64,000 nt of DNA from Candidatus Sumerlaeota bacterium (GTDB lineage Bacteria > UBP6 > UBA1177): assembly GCA_007132725.1 (NCBI GenBank), contig SLOD01000011.1, positions 117 to 64,116 on the forward strand, written 5' to 3'. Shown one piece after another: positions 39,103 to 48,783 of this stretch. Position 1 is the stretch's first letter, and each line of letters begins with the position of its first letter. The position numbers and the translations under genes are program-made. The notes under the pieces are model-generated. The model saw nothing but the letters and a program-made list of their open reading frames with translations, searched no databases and was not told the DNA's origin.

Positions 39103-40698
39103 TCAAACCTTACTTTTCCCGATACGGGTTGCATCTTTATAAGATTTCAGCATAACCATAAAAAACTCTTTTGAAAAAACAACTGTGATCCCTAAAAATA
39201 GAGAAAGAAAAATAATCATGAACCCTGTAAATTTTATTTGGGGGGAACTTCTCAAAACATGGGCATCAGGAACATCTATTACTCGCACAGGAGGAAGACC
39301 GAAGCGGGCATCTATTGCAGTCTCATAAAGTTTTGAGGATAAAGCCAGTATCATCTTTTCAGAAATTTCCACATCTCTTTTAAGTTTTGAAAATGTAAAA
39401 AAAAGTTCCGGAGCTTTTTTCTGCTCCATATCAACTTCAGACAAAAGGGATCCTATATTTCTTATGGTTCTGTCAAACTGTGAAATATTATCTTGCAACA
39501 TTCTTTTTAAGAGGTCGGCACTGCTGGATATCTCTTTTTTTACAGCGATCATTGCAGGATGGTCATGAGTCAGTTTTTGTGAAAGATCGTTTTTTTTAAA
39601 TATCAAGTTGTTATGATGTTTCAAAGTATCCTGGGCAGCTAAATCTCCAGGTAAAGCAGGAACAACTACCGGCGTATCGGGGGAAATTTGAATGCTTTCG
39701 ATTATTCCGGAAATAACATCTCTTTTAAGACGAACATCCTCCATTTCCTGACGAAGAGATGAATGTTTTCTTAAAAGTTCTGATATTTGTACTTCCGGAA
39801 CAAGCGCTTTTTCCTTTTCCTGAAACTGTATCAGCAAATCACTTTTTTCATCCAGATCAGCTATCAAATCATCCAGTATGCCGGCAACATAGGATGTCTT
39901 GGACTGGGAATCTTCTTGAGACCATTTTTCTTTAAGGTCAATGTATTCGCCTATCAGGTCATTAACTATCTGAGCTGCCATGAAAGGACTTTCGTGAGCA
40001 AAGTTGAGAATCAGCATTCCCGACTCTTCGCGCATTTGAACATTCAAGTTATCGCTGAAAAATTTTCTGGTGTCAATAATGTTTTGAGATTCAAAACGGA
40101 ATGTTTCCGGAACATCAAACCCTCCAACTTTGGATATACTGAACAACTCTTTTTCTAAAGAACAATCTTCATCCCATTTGCATGTGGCTGTATTTCCATC
40201 GCAACTTATTGTATAGGTCAGTTTCTGTGCAATTATTTCACCCTCACAGTATTTAAGTTCATCGGGAACTGAGTTAAATAACAAAAAACCGTTTCCTGAC
40301 GGGGTGCCAAACAAAACTCTCATAACATGGTTGAAAACATTGTTGTTTTTACGCTCAATTTTCATAAAGAGATTATTTTTTTCTATGACAGCATCCCGTA
40401 GTCTTCTGCTTCCAAAAACTTCATATTCTATAGATCTGCCTTGACTTTTACCCATTCCCATAACCATAGTTAAGGGAGAATGTAAACCTGTAGATGGCTC
40501 GGGACTTACAATCTCCATGGACGAGTAAACATTGTAAACGGGTGTGATAAAAAATAGAAAGTAGAAAATCGATATGACAAAAACTATAGCGGAAGATAGA
40601 GCAAAAAGTTTTTTATTTCTTAAAAAAACAATAAGTATCTCTCCGATAGATATTTCTTTTTCTTCACTCTCACTGTTTTTGCTAAACCTTTCTGTCAT
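39103..40698 (-). CDS. Polysaccharide chain-length determinant (Wzz/PCP-family) protein.
   Basis: N- and C-terminal TM helices flanking a long coiled periplasmic region. Confidence 0.55.
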   Translation of the reverse strand: MTERFSKNSESEEKEISIGEILIVFLRNKKLFALSSAIVFVISIFYFLFFITPVYNVYSSMEIVSPEPSTGLHSPLTMVMGMGKSQGRSIEYEVFGSRRLRDAVIEKNNLFMKIERKNNNVFNHVMRVLFGTPSGNGFLLFNSVPDELKYCEGEIIAQKLTYTISCDGNTATCKWDEDCSLEKELFSISKVGGFDVPETFRFESQNIIDTRKFFSDNLNVQMREESGMLILNFAHESPFMAAQIVNDLIGEYIDLKEKWSQEDSQSKTSYVAGILDDLIADLDEKSDLLIQFQEKEKALVPEVQISELLRKHSSLRQEMEDVRLKRDVISGIIESIQISPDTPVVVPALPGDLAAQDTLKHHNNLIFKKNDLSQKLTHDHPAMIAVKKEISSSADLLKRMLQDNISQFDRTIRNIGSLLSEVDMEQKKAPELFFTFSKLKRDVEISEKMILALSSKLYETAIDARFGLPPVRVIDVPDAHVLRSSPQIKFTGFMIIFLSLFLGITVVFSKEFFMVMLKSYKDATRIGKSKV

Positions 40699-40847
40699 TT
40701 CCTCTATCCTCTACTCTTTGCAGAAAAAATGCAAATTCAACAACTAGCAGAATACTACTAAAAAAAACATACAAATCAAGAAAACGCATGTTTAAAGACA
40801 ACACTTGTGCAGCAAAAAACGATAAAATCATTAAAAATATTATCTAG

Positions 40848-42158
40848 CTACAAAGAACCTCTCGCTATCAGTTTTATGAAATCTTCTCCTTTCGCTTTTC
40901 CAAAAGTTTCATCCAGCTTACTTTCTTTATAGGGAAAAAAATCTATCTTTATCCCTTTTGATATTTCTGCCACTTTCTTTTTGAGTGTGTGAATATATTT
41001 TTTATATTCCTTTTTCTCCATCATCTCAAATCGGGCATAGGGAGTCAATGGCTTGGGTGAGAATGGGGTGACAGAAAGAGAAACTTCACCCAAAGCTTTT
41101 TTATCTTTGACCGATCTTAAAAGTGTGGCAACGCCTTCGGCTTCTTCTACGGGATCTGTCCCCGGCAAACCGGCTATGAAGTATATCTTTGTTTTTATTC
41201 CGAAATTTCTTAAGATTTTTAATGCATCAAATATTGTGTCGTCTTTTACAGATTTCAACACCGCTTTTCTTGTCTCATAGCAACCACTTTCTATAGCAAC
41301 AGAAACACTTTTAACCCCGCACTTTTTTAGTATTTCAACCCTCTTCTCTGTTATATCGGAGATTCTTATCGAACTGAGAGAAAGAGAAATATTGTAAAAA
41401 GATGCTTTCTCAAGAACGAGATCAAAACAGCTGACATTTGCAAGAGAAGTCCCCATTAAAGCAAGACCGTCTTTAATGACAAAAGGCTTTTCTATAAAAT
41501 CAGAAACTTTGTTACAATTCGTTTCCCTGAAATTTTTATAGGCATATGATGCTGCACAGAATTTGCATTTCAAAGAGCATCCTCTGTTCAGCTCAATGAT
41601 CACTCTGTTGTTGAAGTCATTCCCCATTTTATGTAACAGAGGGTTGGAACAAACAAAAAATTCACAGGACTCGGTTCTCGTTGGAAATGCTCCTGATTTT
41701 TGAGAAGTGACACAGTAAGGAAGGACATTAAAATAGTTAAGAAGCTCTTCTCTCGCATTGAAGCTGAGAAGCTTTCGGATGTCTTCTTCCATACATTCTC
41801 CTTCTCCGATAAAAACCGCATCAAATATTTGAGTTAAAGGTTCCGGATTAAGTGTCGCTGCTATTCCTCCACATATAAATATAGGAAACAAACCTCTGTC
41901 TCTATCTCTCTTTAACAAAGGAACACCGCTCTCTTTCATGATTTGAGCAAAATTGATCATATCAGGGGCGTAAGAAAGCGACACAAATACTACCGGTCTG
42001 TCTGTAAGTTTCGTGCCATTAAATATGCCTGCCTTCGAGTCCGAAACTATCAAATCCGGAAATATATCGGAAAAAGCATTAAAAAACCAATGTACTGCTA
42101 AATTAGACAAAGCAAAAGAACGCTTCTGCGGATATAAAAAAACAGGAGAAGTTAACAC
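40848..42158 (-). CDS. B12-binding-domain radical SAM enzyme; starts 4 nt after the ftsZ stop.
   Basis: B12-domain-like N-terminus (...FICGGIAATLNP...FIGEGE) and CSLKCKFCAAS radical SAM motif. Confidence 0.65.
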   Translation of the reverse strand: MLTSPVFLYPQKRSFALSNLAVHWFFNAFSDIFPDLIVSDSKAGIFNGTKLTDRPVVFVSLSYAPDMINFAQIMKESGVPLLKRDRDRGLFPIFICGGIAATLNPEPLTQIFDAVFIGEGECMEEDIRKLLSFNAREELLNYFNVLPYCVTSQKSGAFPTRTESCEFFVCSNPLLHKMGNDFNNRVIIELNRGCSLKCKFCAASYAYKNFRETNCNKVSDFIEKPFVIKDGLALMGTSLANVSCFDLVLEKASFYNISLSLSSIRISDITEKRVEILKKCGVKSVSVAIESGCYETRKAVLKSVKDDTIFDALKILRNFGIKTKIYFIAGLPGTDPVEEAEGVATLLRSVKDKKALGEVSLSVTPFSPKPLTPYARFEMMEKKEYKKYIHTLKKKVAEISKGIKIDFFPYKESKLDETFGKAKGEDFIKLIARGSL

Positions 42159-42162
42159 TGTT

Positions 42163-43557
42163 CTATCTTTTCTTTTCTATGGTAATTTTTTCGTCATAGA
42201 CCTTGTGCTTCTCTGTTTGATAGACCTGGGCATTAATTTTTTTCATTCTTAAAAATGCAGGGATATCTTTGTTTTCCGGATCAAAGTCCATGTTTTCAGG
42301 AATCTCTATCTCTTCATCAAAATCCTCTGTTGAAGAAACATTTACATCTTCAATTAAAATCTCATCTTCCATACGGATATTATTTTCATCATTATCCAAT
42401 GCCGCCGCCGGGGCTAATTCATCAAACTCGGTATCAGTATCTCCATAGTCATATTCTTCAGCTTTAACCTCATCAAAACTTTGTGTTTCCTTTGTTTCTG
42501 TTTCAAAAAGTTTCTCCTGAGCATTGATATCAACTTTTTTAAAGTTTTTAGAGAGTTCTCCGAATTCAACAACATCTTCTGTTGCTTCAGCAACTATTAA
42601 TGCATGAACTTTATCACAGTTGTCATTGACAGATGCACCCCATATCAAGTCTCCATCTTCATGAAGCTTATTGCTTAAATAGGAAGCCGCTTCAACAAAT
42701 TCAGTCAGAGGAACTGATGCTCCACCAAAGTGAAGAAGCATTTTTTTAGAATTGGACACCGCAAAATCTGCAAGCAAAGGATTGTTCAAAGCCTCTTTTA
42801 CGGCATTAACTGCCGCAGATTCACCCGTTGCACTGCCAAATCCAAACATTGCAAGGCCCATATTGGTCATGGTTGATTTAACATCGGCAAAGTCAACATT
42901 TATATAAGATTTATTACTTATAAGTTCAGAAATATTTCGAACAGCATACATCAACACTTCGTTGGGCTTTTTAAACATGTCCATAGCCATGTCATTCTGA
43001 TCTGCAATGGCCAGCAATCTCTGATTAGGAACAACGACCATCGTATCTACAAACTTACTTAAAGCTTCCATTCCTTCTTTAGCATACCTGTGTTTTTTCT
43101 TTGCTTCAAAGTCAAAAGGCTTGGTAACTATTCCCACAGTAAGGATACCTGCATCTTTTGCGATCTGTGCAATAACAGGAGCTGCTCCAGTTCCAGTGCC
43201 ACCACCCATTCCTGCAGTAATAAACAGCATATCCAGTCCTTCAATTACTGTGGCTATCTCTATTTTGCTTTCTTCTGCGGCGAGTCGTCCTACTTCAGGG
43301 ACACCCCCAGCTCCTTGTCCTTTGGTAAGTTCAGGACCAAGCTGCACTTTAAGCTCTGATTTTGAACCATCAAGAGCCTGAACATCGGTATTTACCGCTG
43401 CTATCAATACTTCGTTGAAAACTGTATAGCTGTTTTCTGATTGACGGCTATTGATCTCATTTCTCTCTTCACAGATCATATCAATAGCATTACATCCTCC
43501 TCCTCCGACACCCATAACTCCAATTTTTACTACCGTGTTTTTAGGAATTGCGGTCAT
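42163..43557 (-). CDS. ftsZ: Cell division GTPase FtsZ, with a long acidic linker, conserved C-terminal peptide DIPAFLR, and an unusually long (~27 aa) Lys-rich C-terminal variable tail.
   Basis: GVGGGGCNAI, GGGTGTGAAPVIA tubulin signature. Confidence 0.9.
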   Translation of the reverse strand: MTAIPKNTVVKIGVMGVGGGGCNAIDMICEERNEINSRQSENSYTVFNEVLIAAVNTDVQALDGSKSELKVQLGPELTKGQGAGGVPEVGRLAAEESKIEIATVIEGLDMLFITAGMGGGTGTGAAPVIAQIAKDAGILTVGIVTKPFDFEAKKKHRYAKEGMEALSKFVDTMVVVPNQRLLAIADQNDMAMDMFKKPNEVLMYAVRNISELISNKSYINVDFADVKSTMTNMGLAMFGFGSATGESAAVNAVKEALNNPLLADFAVSNSKKMLLHFGGASVPLTEFVEAASYLSNKLHEDGDLIWGASVNDNCDKVHALIVAEATEDVVEFGELSKNFKKVDINAQEKLFETETKETQSFDEVKAEEYDYGDTDTEFDELAPAAALDNDENNIRMEDEILIEDVNVSSTEDFDEEIEIPENMDFDPENKDIPAFLRMKKINAQVYQTEKHKVYDEKITIEKKR

Positions 43558-43602
43558 AATCTCCTCCTTTTAATATATCTATTTTCAAACATTCAAAAAC
43601 AG

Positions 43603-44835
43603 CTATTCAAAAAATTTCCTGAAAAAATCTCCAAGCTTCATAAAAAAACCTGTCCCTTTATCTCTAAATTTCATTTTTTCGTGCTGAGCAAAGTAATTCA
43701 CTATCCCCACCGATGTTGAAAAAGAGGGGGAACTCAATACATCTTTAAAGCCACTGCTGGCTTCATTTATTTTAGGTCGCCCTACTCTTACAGGTTGCTC
43801 AAAGACATCCTTGGCCAAAGACTGAATATCCTTTAATTCAGCAGTGCCTCCTGTGAGAACAATATTAGTCTGAATAAGGCTTTCTTTCATTTCATCATTA
43901 AGTCGCTTTCTAGCGGCCATAAGTATTTCTTCCACTCTGGGAGACAGAACACTGGCGAGGAAGTGCACTTTTTTTACTTTCTTTTCATCTGTTCCTATAA
44001 TACTTACTTCTATTTCTTCATCACTTGAAACAAAGTCCGGACGTGCACTTCCATATCTGCATTTTATCCTTTCAGCTTCAACAGGTGGAATTCTCATAGC
44101 ATAGCTGATGTCCGTGGTAATATACCTGCCACCCATGGGTATGACGCTCGTATAAACAGGATCTCCATTATGGTACACAGCTATATCAGTCGTCCCTTCT
44201 CCTATGTCCACCAAAGCCACACCCAGCTGTTTTTCATCTTCTTCCAGAACAGCCCAGCTGCCGGCTATTCCGTTTGCAAGGACATCTTCCACCATCAGAC
44301 CTGCGTCTTCAACAGATTTAGCCAGGTTCCGGAGCATAGCACTTGAAGCTGTTATAATATGGACTTTCCCTTCCAGTCTTCTGCCAGCCATTCCTTTAGG
44401 ATTTCTTATCCCCGCCTGATCATCAACAACAAACTCCCCTATCTCTACATTTATTATCTGTCTATCACTCGGCAGACTAATATTTCTTGCCTGCTCTATG
44501 ACCCGATCTATATCGGTCTGTGAAACTTCTTTTCCTCTTACTGTTACAACACCATGACTGTTCATAGAAGAAACATGTTCTCCTGAAAGACCGATATAGG
44601 CAGACTTTATGTGTATGTCTGCTATTTTTTCCGCTTCCATAACAGATTCCTGAATGGCTCTTGTAGTTGCCTCCATATTCACCACACTGCCAGCTATAAT
44701 GCCGTTTTCATTATACGCAACACCTTTTCCGATAAACTGCAACTTCTTTTCCGACTCGATTTTTGCAACAAGAGTGGCAACCTTTTTGGTGCCGACATCC
44801 AGAGCAACGATAACATTATCATTTTTAGGCATCAC
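43603..44835 (-). CDS. ftsA: Cell division protein FtsA.
   Basis: Actin-fold ATPase; position between ftsQ and ftsZ. Confidence 0.85.
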   Translation of the reverse strand: MMPKNDNVIVALDVGTKKVATLVAKIESEKKLQFIGKGVAYNENGIIAGSVVNMEATTRAIQESVMEAEKIADIHIKSAYIGLSGEHVSSMNSHGVVTVRGKEVSQTDIDRVIEQARNISLPSDRQIINVEIGEFVVDDQAGIRNPKGMAGRRLEGKVHIITASSAMLRNLAKSVEDAGLMVEDVLANGIAGSWAVLEEDEKQLGVALVDIGEGTTDIAVYHNGDPVYTSVIPMGGRYITTDISYAMRIPPVEAERIKCRYGSARPDFVSSDEEIEVSIIGTDEKKVKKVHFLASVLSPRVEEILMAARKRLNDEMKESLIQTNIVLTGGTAELKDIQSLAKDVFEQPVRVGRPKINEASSGFKDVLSSPSFSTSVGIVNYFAQHEKMKFRDKGTGFFMKLGDFFRKFFE

Positions 44836-45673
44836 TCCCCCTCTTTATTTTTTCAGTAACTTTCCCGACAATTATTCTTTTGTTCTTACCCTTCCCTTCA
44901 AAAATATATTCTCCTGCCCATATATTTTTCTGAGTAAGCTTTCCAGCTGTATCAAAAAAACGGACAGCCATATTTATAACTTCATCTTCTCCTTCAAAGC
45001 GACCTAAATGAATTACAGTTACTTTTTTGTCATCTGTTTCACAATCCAAGGTGTAATGTCCCGACCTGTCATACCGCATACTTCTTATCGAGCAAAGATC
45101 GCCTGCGTTTCTCCAACTATCTGAAATAGTAACAGCCTCTCTTATCTTCTTTCCCCTTTCCCAGCCATCTCCAACAGCATTATTATCAATGTGGAAGAAC
45201 GGAATATCGTCATCTATTTCTCCGGGAAAAGTCTTTTTAAAAACCACTCCCTCTTCATCTGCAAACCACATAGTATATACCGCATCTTCTTCTTTATTTT
45301 GCCTTACATTGCTTACAACTACAGCCGGGACAAACTCTTCGATAACGATTCTTACAGCATCAGGAAACATTTTCTTTACTGTACATCTTTTTACCCATCC
45401 TGTAGAATAAAGATATTTTTCAAGAGACCTTTCGTCAACATCAAACCAGCTTACACTTTCATTCAGACCTGTTAATAGTAATACGGCATCTCTATTCAAT
45501 CTCCCAAGCCCTTCTATTTCGATCTTTTCGGGATGAATAATGACAGCCTCGCTTCCTTTCCATACTTCGATAATATCATTTGCATAAATAAAGCCGGCAA
45601 TGTATATGAAAACAAAAACATATATTGCAGTAAAAATTAAAAAGTACTTTAGAGTTTTTACTACTTTTCTCAT
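44825..45673 (-). CDS. ftsQ: Cell division protein FtsQ/DivIB (single TM + POTRA).
   Basis: N-terminal TM, size and position. Confidence 0.7.
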   Translation of the reverse strand: MRKVVKTLKYFLIFTAIYVFVFIYIAGFIYANDIIEVWKGSEAVIIHPEKIEIEGLGRLNRDAVLLLTGLNESVSWFDVDERSLEKYLYSTGWVKRCTVKKMFPDAVRIVIEEFVPAVVVSNVRQNKEEDAVYTMWFADEEGVVFKKTFPGEIDDDIPFFHIDNNAVGDGWERGKKIREAVTISDSWRNAGDLCSIRSMRYDRSGHYTLDCETDDKKVTVIHLGRFEGEDEVINMAVRFFDTAGKLTQKNIWAGEYIFEGKGKNKRIIVGKVTEKIKRGSDA

Positions 45674-46614
45674 TCTGTCAAAGCCTCTTCAATTAACAGT
45701 TCCATCAATTTTAAAAAGCTTATTCCACGCTTTTTTGCTATCATGGGAACTAAAGAATGGGCGGTCATCCCGGGCAGAGTATTTATCTCAAGCATCACAT
45801 ACTCCTCGGCATTAACCATAAAGTCGCTTCTTGTGACACCTTTGCAGCCTATAAACTGATGCATCTCCAAAGAAGCCTTCCATATTTCTTTAGAAACTTT
45901 ATCACTATAATCCGGATCCACAATATATTTCGTTTTATCTGTCAGGTATTTGGATTCATAGTCATAAAACTCATTTGCCGGAACAATTTCAACATCACCT
46001 ATCACTTCCCCTCTTAAAACAGAAACATTGATTTCTCTTCCTTTAAAATATTTTTCACACAGAAACAATGCTCCGTGTTTTAGATTTTCGACTCTGTTTT
46101 TCCACTCTTGTTCAGATCTTATAATATAAACCCCCCTGCTTGAACCATTAAAAGGATCTTTAAGAACAACTGGAAATTCGTATGGAGGATCAAGGTTTTT
46201 AGAGATATTTACAGTACATCCATCGGCAATTTTTATTTTCAGATATTTCATTACAGCTCTGGAAATGATCTTATCCATACTGACAGCACTGGCAGTCACA
46301 CCTGATCCTGTATAAGCAATGCTCATCATTTCAAGTAGCCCCTGTACTGCACCGTCCTCTCCATAGGTACCGTGTAAGCCGTTTACCACCACATCCGGTT
46401 TTATTTTTCTCAGTTTTCTGTCAAGGTTGTGATCGACATCAACAAAAACCGTATTACTGTAACCCCCGTCAAGAAGAACTTTTTTTATTACTCCGCCTGT
46501 TTCAAGACTCACCTCTCTTTCATCGGACATCCCTCCGGCAAGTACGGCGATCTTCATTTTTTTATGAAGCATTGTATTATTCATCCCAAAAACTAACCTC
46601 TGGCTCAAGATCAA
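45670..46614 (-). CDS. ddl: D-alanine--D-alanine ligase. Likely start MKIAVLAGGMS at about 46557.
   Basis: ATP-grasp motifs. Confidence 0.85.
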   Translation of the reverse strand: MILSQRLVFGMNNTMLHKKMKIAVLAGGMSDEREVSLETGGVIKKVLLDGGYSNTVFVDVDHNLDRKLRKIKPDVVVNGLHGTYGEDGAVQGLLEMMSIAYTGSGVTASAVSMDKIISRAVMKYLKIKIADGCTVNISKNLDPPYEFPVVLKDPFNGSSRGVYIIRSEQEWKNRVENLKHGALFLCEKYFKGREINVSVLRGEVIGDVEIVPANEFYDYESKYLTDKTKYIVDPDYSDKVSKEIWKASLEMHQFIGCKGVTRSDFMVNAEEYVMLEINTLPGMTAHSLVPMIAKKRGISFLKLMELLIEEALTE

Positions 46615-47419
46615 TATTAAAAGTTTCTTTAACTTTATTTTTAGCTATATTTTTCAAATCACAAAAATCGCGGTAAAGGGCTGCTCCTTTGTTTAGAACA
46701 ATATTGGCGTGGTCTTCGCTTAAAGCTGCATCATTAACCCTGAAACCCTTCATTCCGGCTTTATCAAGCAAATATCCGGCACTCTCATTTTCTGGATTTT
46801 TAAAAAACGAGCCCGCACTTGGTTCATTTATTTTAAGTCTTTTAGAGAGATAGTACATTACTCTCTGTCTGACATTTTCCTGTGTATCTTTGACAAGTAT
46901 AAGATCTGCCCCGTAAATAACAAAAGATTTCGCCGGAGCATTTTCCAATTTTCTGTAACTGTATCGGGGAATATTCATGGAAACAGTCCCTTCAAAAATG
47001 ATATAAAGTGCTCCTGTCACATCGTCCCATGAATTTTCTGAAGGAGCAGAATTACCATAGAGTGCACCTCCCACCGTTCCCGGGATTCCCGCCATAAATT
47101 CAACTCCGGAAAGACCATTTTTTATAGAATAATCAAGAAGCTTACTGATAGAAACTCCGGCAGGCATAAAAACTTTCACAGCATTTTCACTGATATCTTC
47201 CGTGTTGCTTGTACCGATCATATCTGCCATATACAGGACAGGTTTGTTAACTTTTCCGGCAACGATGTTGCTGCCTCCTGCAAGTACATAAAAATCTTTA
47301 TTGTCCATAGTAAATCTGATTATATCGTCAACTGTCTCCGGAAAGTAGAGATCACATTCCGAATCTTTAATATTTAAAGTAAGAAGTTTCTCCATCGAGG
47401 CTTTCTTTTTCAGTTTCAT
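46577..47419 (-). CDS. murB: UDP-N-acetylenolpyruvoylglucosamine reductase.
   Basis: FAD-binding GGSN and C-terminal MurB pattern. Confidence 0.8.
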   Translation of the reverse strand: MKLKKKASMEKLLTLNIKDSECDLYFPETVDDIIRFTMDNKDFYVLAGGSNIVAGKVNKPVLYMADMIGTSNTEDISENAVKVFMPAGVSISKLLDYSIKNGLSGVEFMAGIPGTVGGALYGNSAPSENSWDDVTGALYIIFEGTVSMNIPRYSYRKLENAPAKSFVIYGADLILVKDTQENVRQRVMYYLSKRLKINEPSAGSFFKNPENESAGYLLDKAGMKGFRVNDAALSEDHANIVLNKGAALYRDFCDLKNIAKNKVKETFNIDLEPEVSFWDE

Positions 47420-47432
47420 ATCACTACCACAC

Positions 47433-48782
47433 TCAAACTAAGTGCTTAAATATATTATTTAAATCCCCTGCACCAACACAAATAAGAGCTGACACCCTTA
47501 ATTTCTCGATATCGTTTTTTAAAAACGAACCTGCTTCTTCTATGGAGGAAAAGTAATAAACATCTGAACATCCACTTTTTAAAAGATCATTATAAAGGTT
47601 CAGGGAGGTCAGTCCCTCTTCTTTTCCTTCCGGATTAAAAACAGGAAGAATTATCAAAGGACCCACTATAGTAACAGCTTTTTTAAACTGTTCATAAAAC
47701 GCATTAAAACGACTTGTTCTGTGTGGCTGAAAGATCAGTCCGAAATTTTTATATTTAATTTCAGCCTGCTCAACAACGGCCGTTATTTCAGTTGGATGGT
47801 GAGCATAGTCATCTATGAGTATAACTTTTCTGTAAACTCCTGCAATTTGGAATCTTCTCTCTACAGGGGGAAGTAAATCCCAGAAAGTTTCATCCAGGAC
47901 AGGCATTTCAATACCGGTACTGTCAAGATATTTTTTTGCAGCAAGCATCGAAGAAAACCTGTTCTGCAACATGTGAGGGGCGTCTTTGGCAGTCCCTGCA
48001 AAATATTCTCTGCCACTATCAGTTAAACACCATTTTCCGTCATTGAACAGAAAGTCTCCTGTCGATATGTTTTCATAACCTTCCCTGCTTTTTATCTCGG
48101 AGGTACTGGGAAAAGAATGTGCCTGAAAAAGTGAACAAAGAGAATCGCTCATTTCGTAGCCTCTCCCTATGATGAGATCTTTTCCTTTTCTCCTGATCAG
48201 ATACCTTTCAAACATTGCAAGCATATTTTCCCCTGTCTTAAAGAACTCCATGTGTTCCAATTCAAGGTTGTTTATCAACAATATTTCAGGGTCAACTTCA
48301 AAAATGGTTCCATCACTTTCATCCAGTTCCACTATGATGGGAGTATCACCATTTATATTAGATGCTCCATCACTTTTGCCGCCCGCATATATCGAAGGCT
48401 TCAAGCCTGCTTTCTTTAAAACATGATATATCATCCATGCGGTTGTAGTTTTTCCATGACTTCCTGCAACGCCTATCACAGGTTTTTCATTTAGAAGTGT
48501 AGCAAGGAAAGAACCTCTTGTATAAACCTTGATACCTTCTTCTTTCGCTTTAAATACTTCAACATTATCATCAGGAACAGCACTTGATCTAACAAGAACA
48601 TCAACACCGTTAAGGTGATCCACAGAATGACCGATATAACAATCCACTCCATTATCTTCAACCATTTTGTAATAGGGGCTGCTCAAAATATCACAACCCG
48701 AAACTGCATAACCGAGAGATTTAGTCATAAGAGCCAATCCACTTACTCCACAACCGCCTACTCCCATAAAATGAATATGCAT
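47433..48782 (-). CDS. murC: UDP-N-acetylmuramate--L-alanine ligase.
   Basis: IHFMGVGGCGVSGLA, GSHGKTTT. Confidence 0.85.
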   Translation of the reverse strand: MHIHFMGVGGCGVSGLALMTKSLGYAVSGCDILSSPYYKMVEDNGVDCYIGHSVDHLNGVDVLVRSSAVPDDNVEVFKAKEEGIKVYTRGSFLATLLNEKPVIGVAGSHGKTTTAWMIYHVLKKAGLKPSIYAGGKSDGASNINGDTPIIVELDESDGTIFEVDPEILLINNLELEHMEFFKTGENMLAMFERYLIRRKGKDLIIGRGYEMSDSLCSLFQAHSFPSTSEIKSREGYENISTGDFLFNDGKWCLTDSGREYFAGTAKDAPHMLQNRFSSMLAAKKYLDSTGIEMPVLDETFWDLLPPVERRFQIAGVYRKVILIDDYAHHPTEITAVVEQAEIKYKNFGLIFQPHRTSRFNAFYEQFKKAVTIVGPLIILPVFNPEGKEEGLTSLNLYNDLLKSGCSDVYYFSSIEEAGSFLKNDIEKLRVSALICVGAGDLNNIFKHLV

Positions 48783-48783
48783 T

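Noticed and set aside
42013-42252. 79-aa plus-strand ORF spanning the ftsZ / radical SAM junction.
   Set aside because: Antisense to both genes, no homology features, hydrophobic junk translation.
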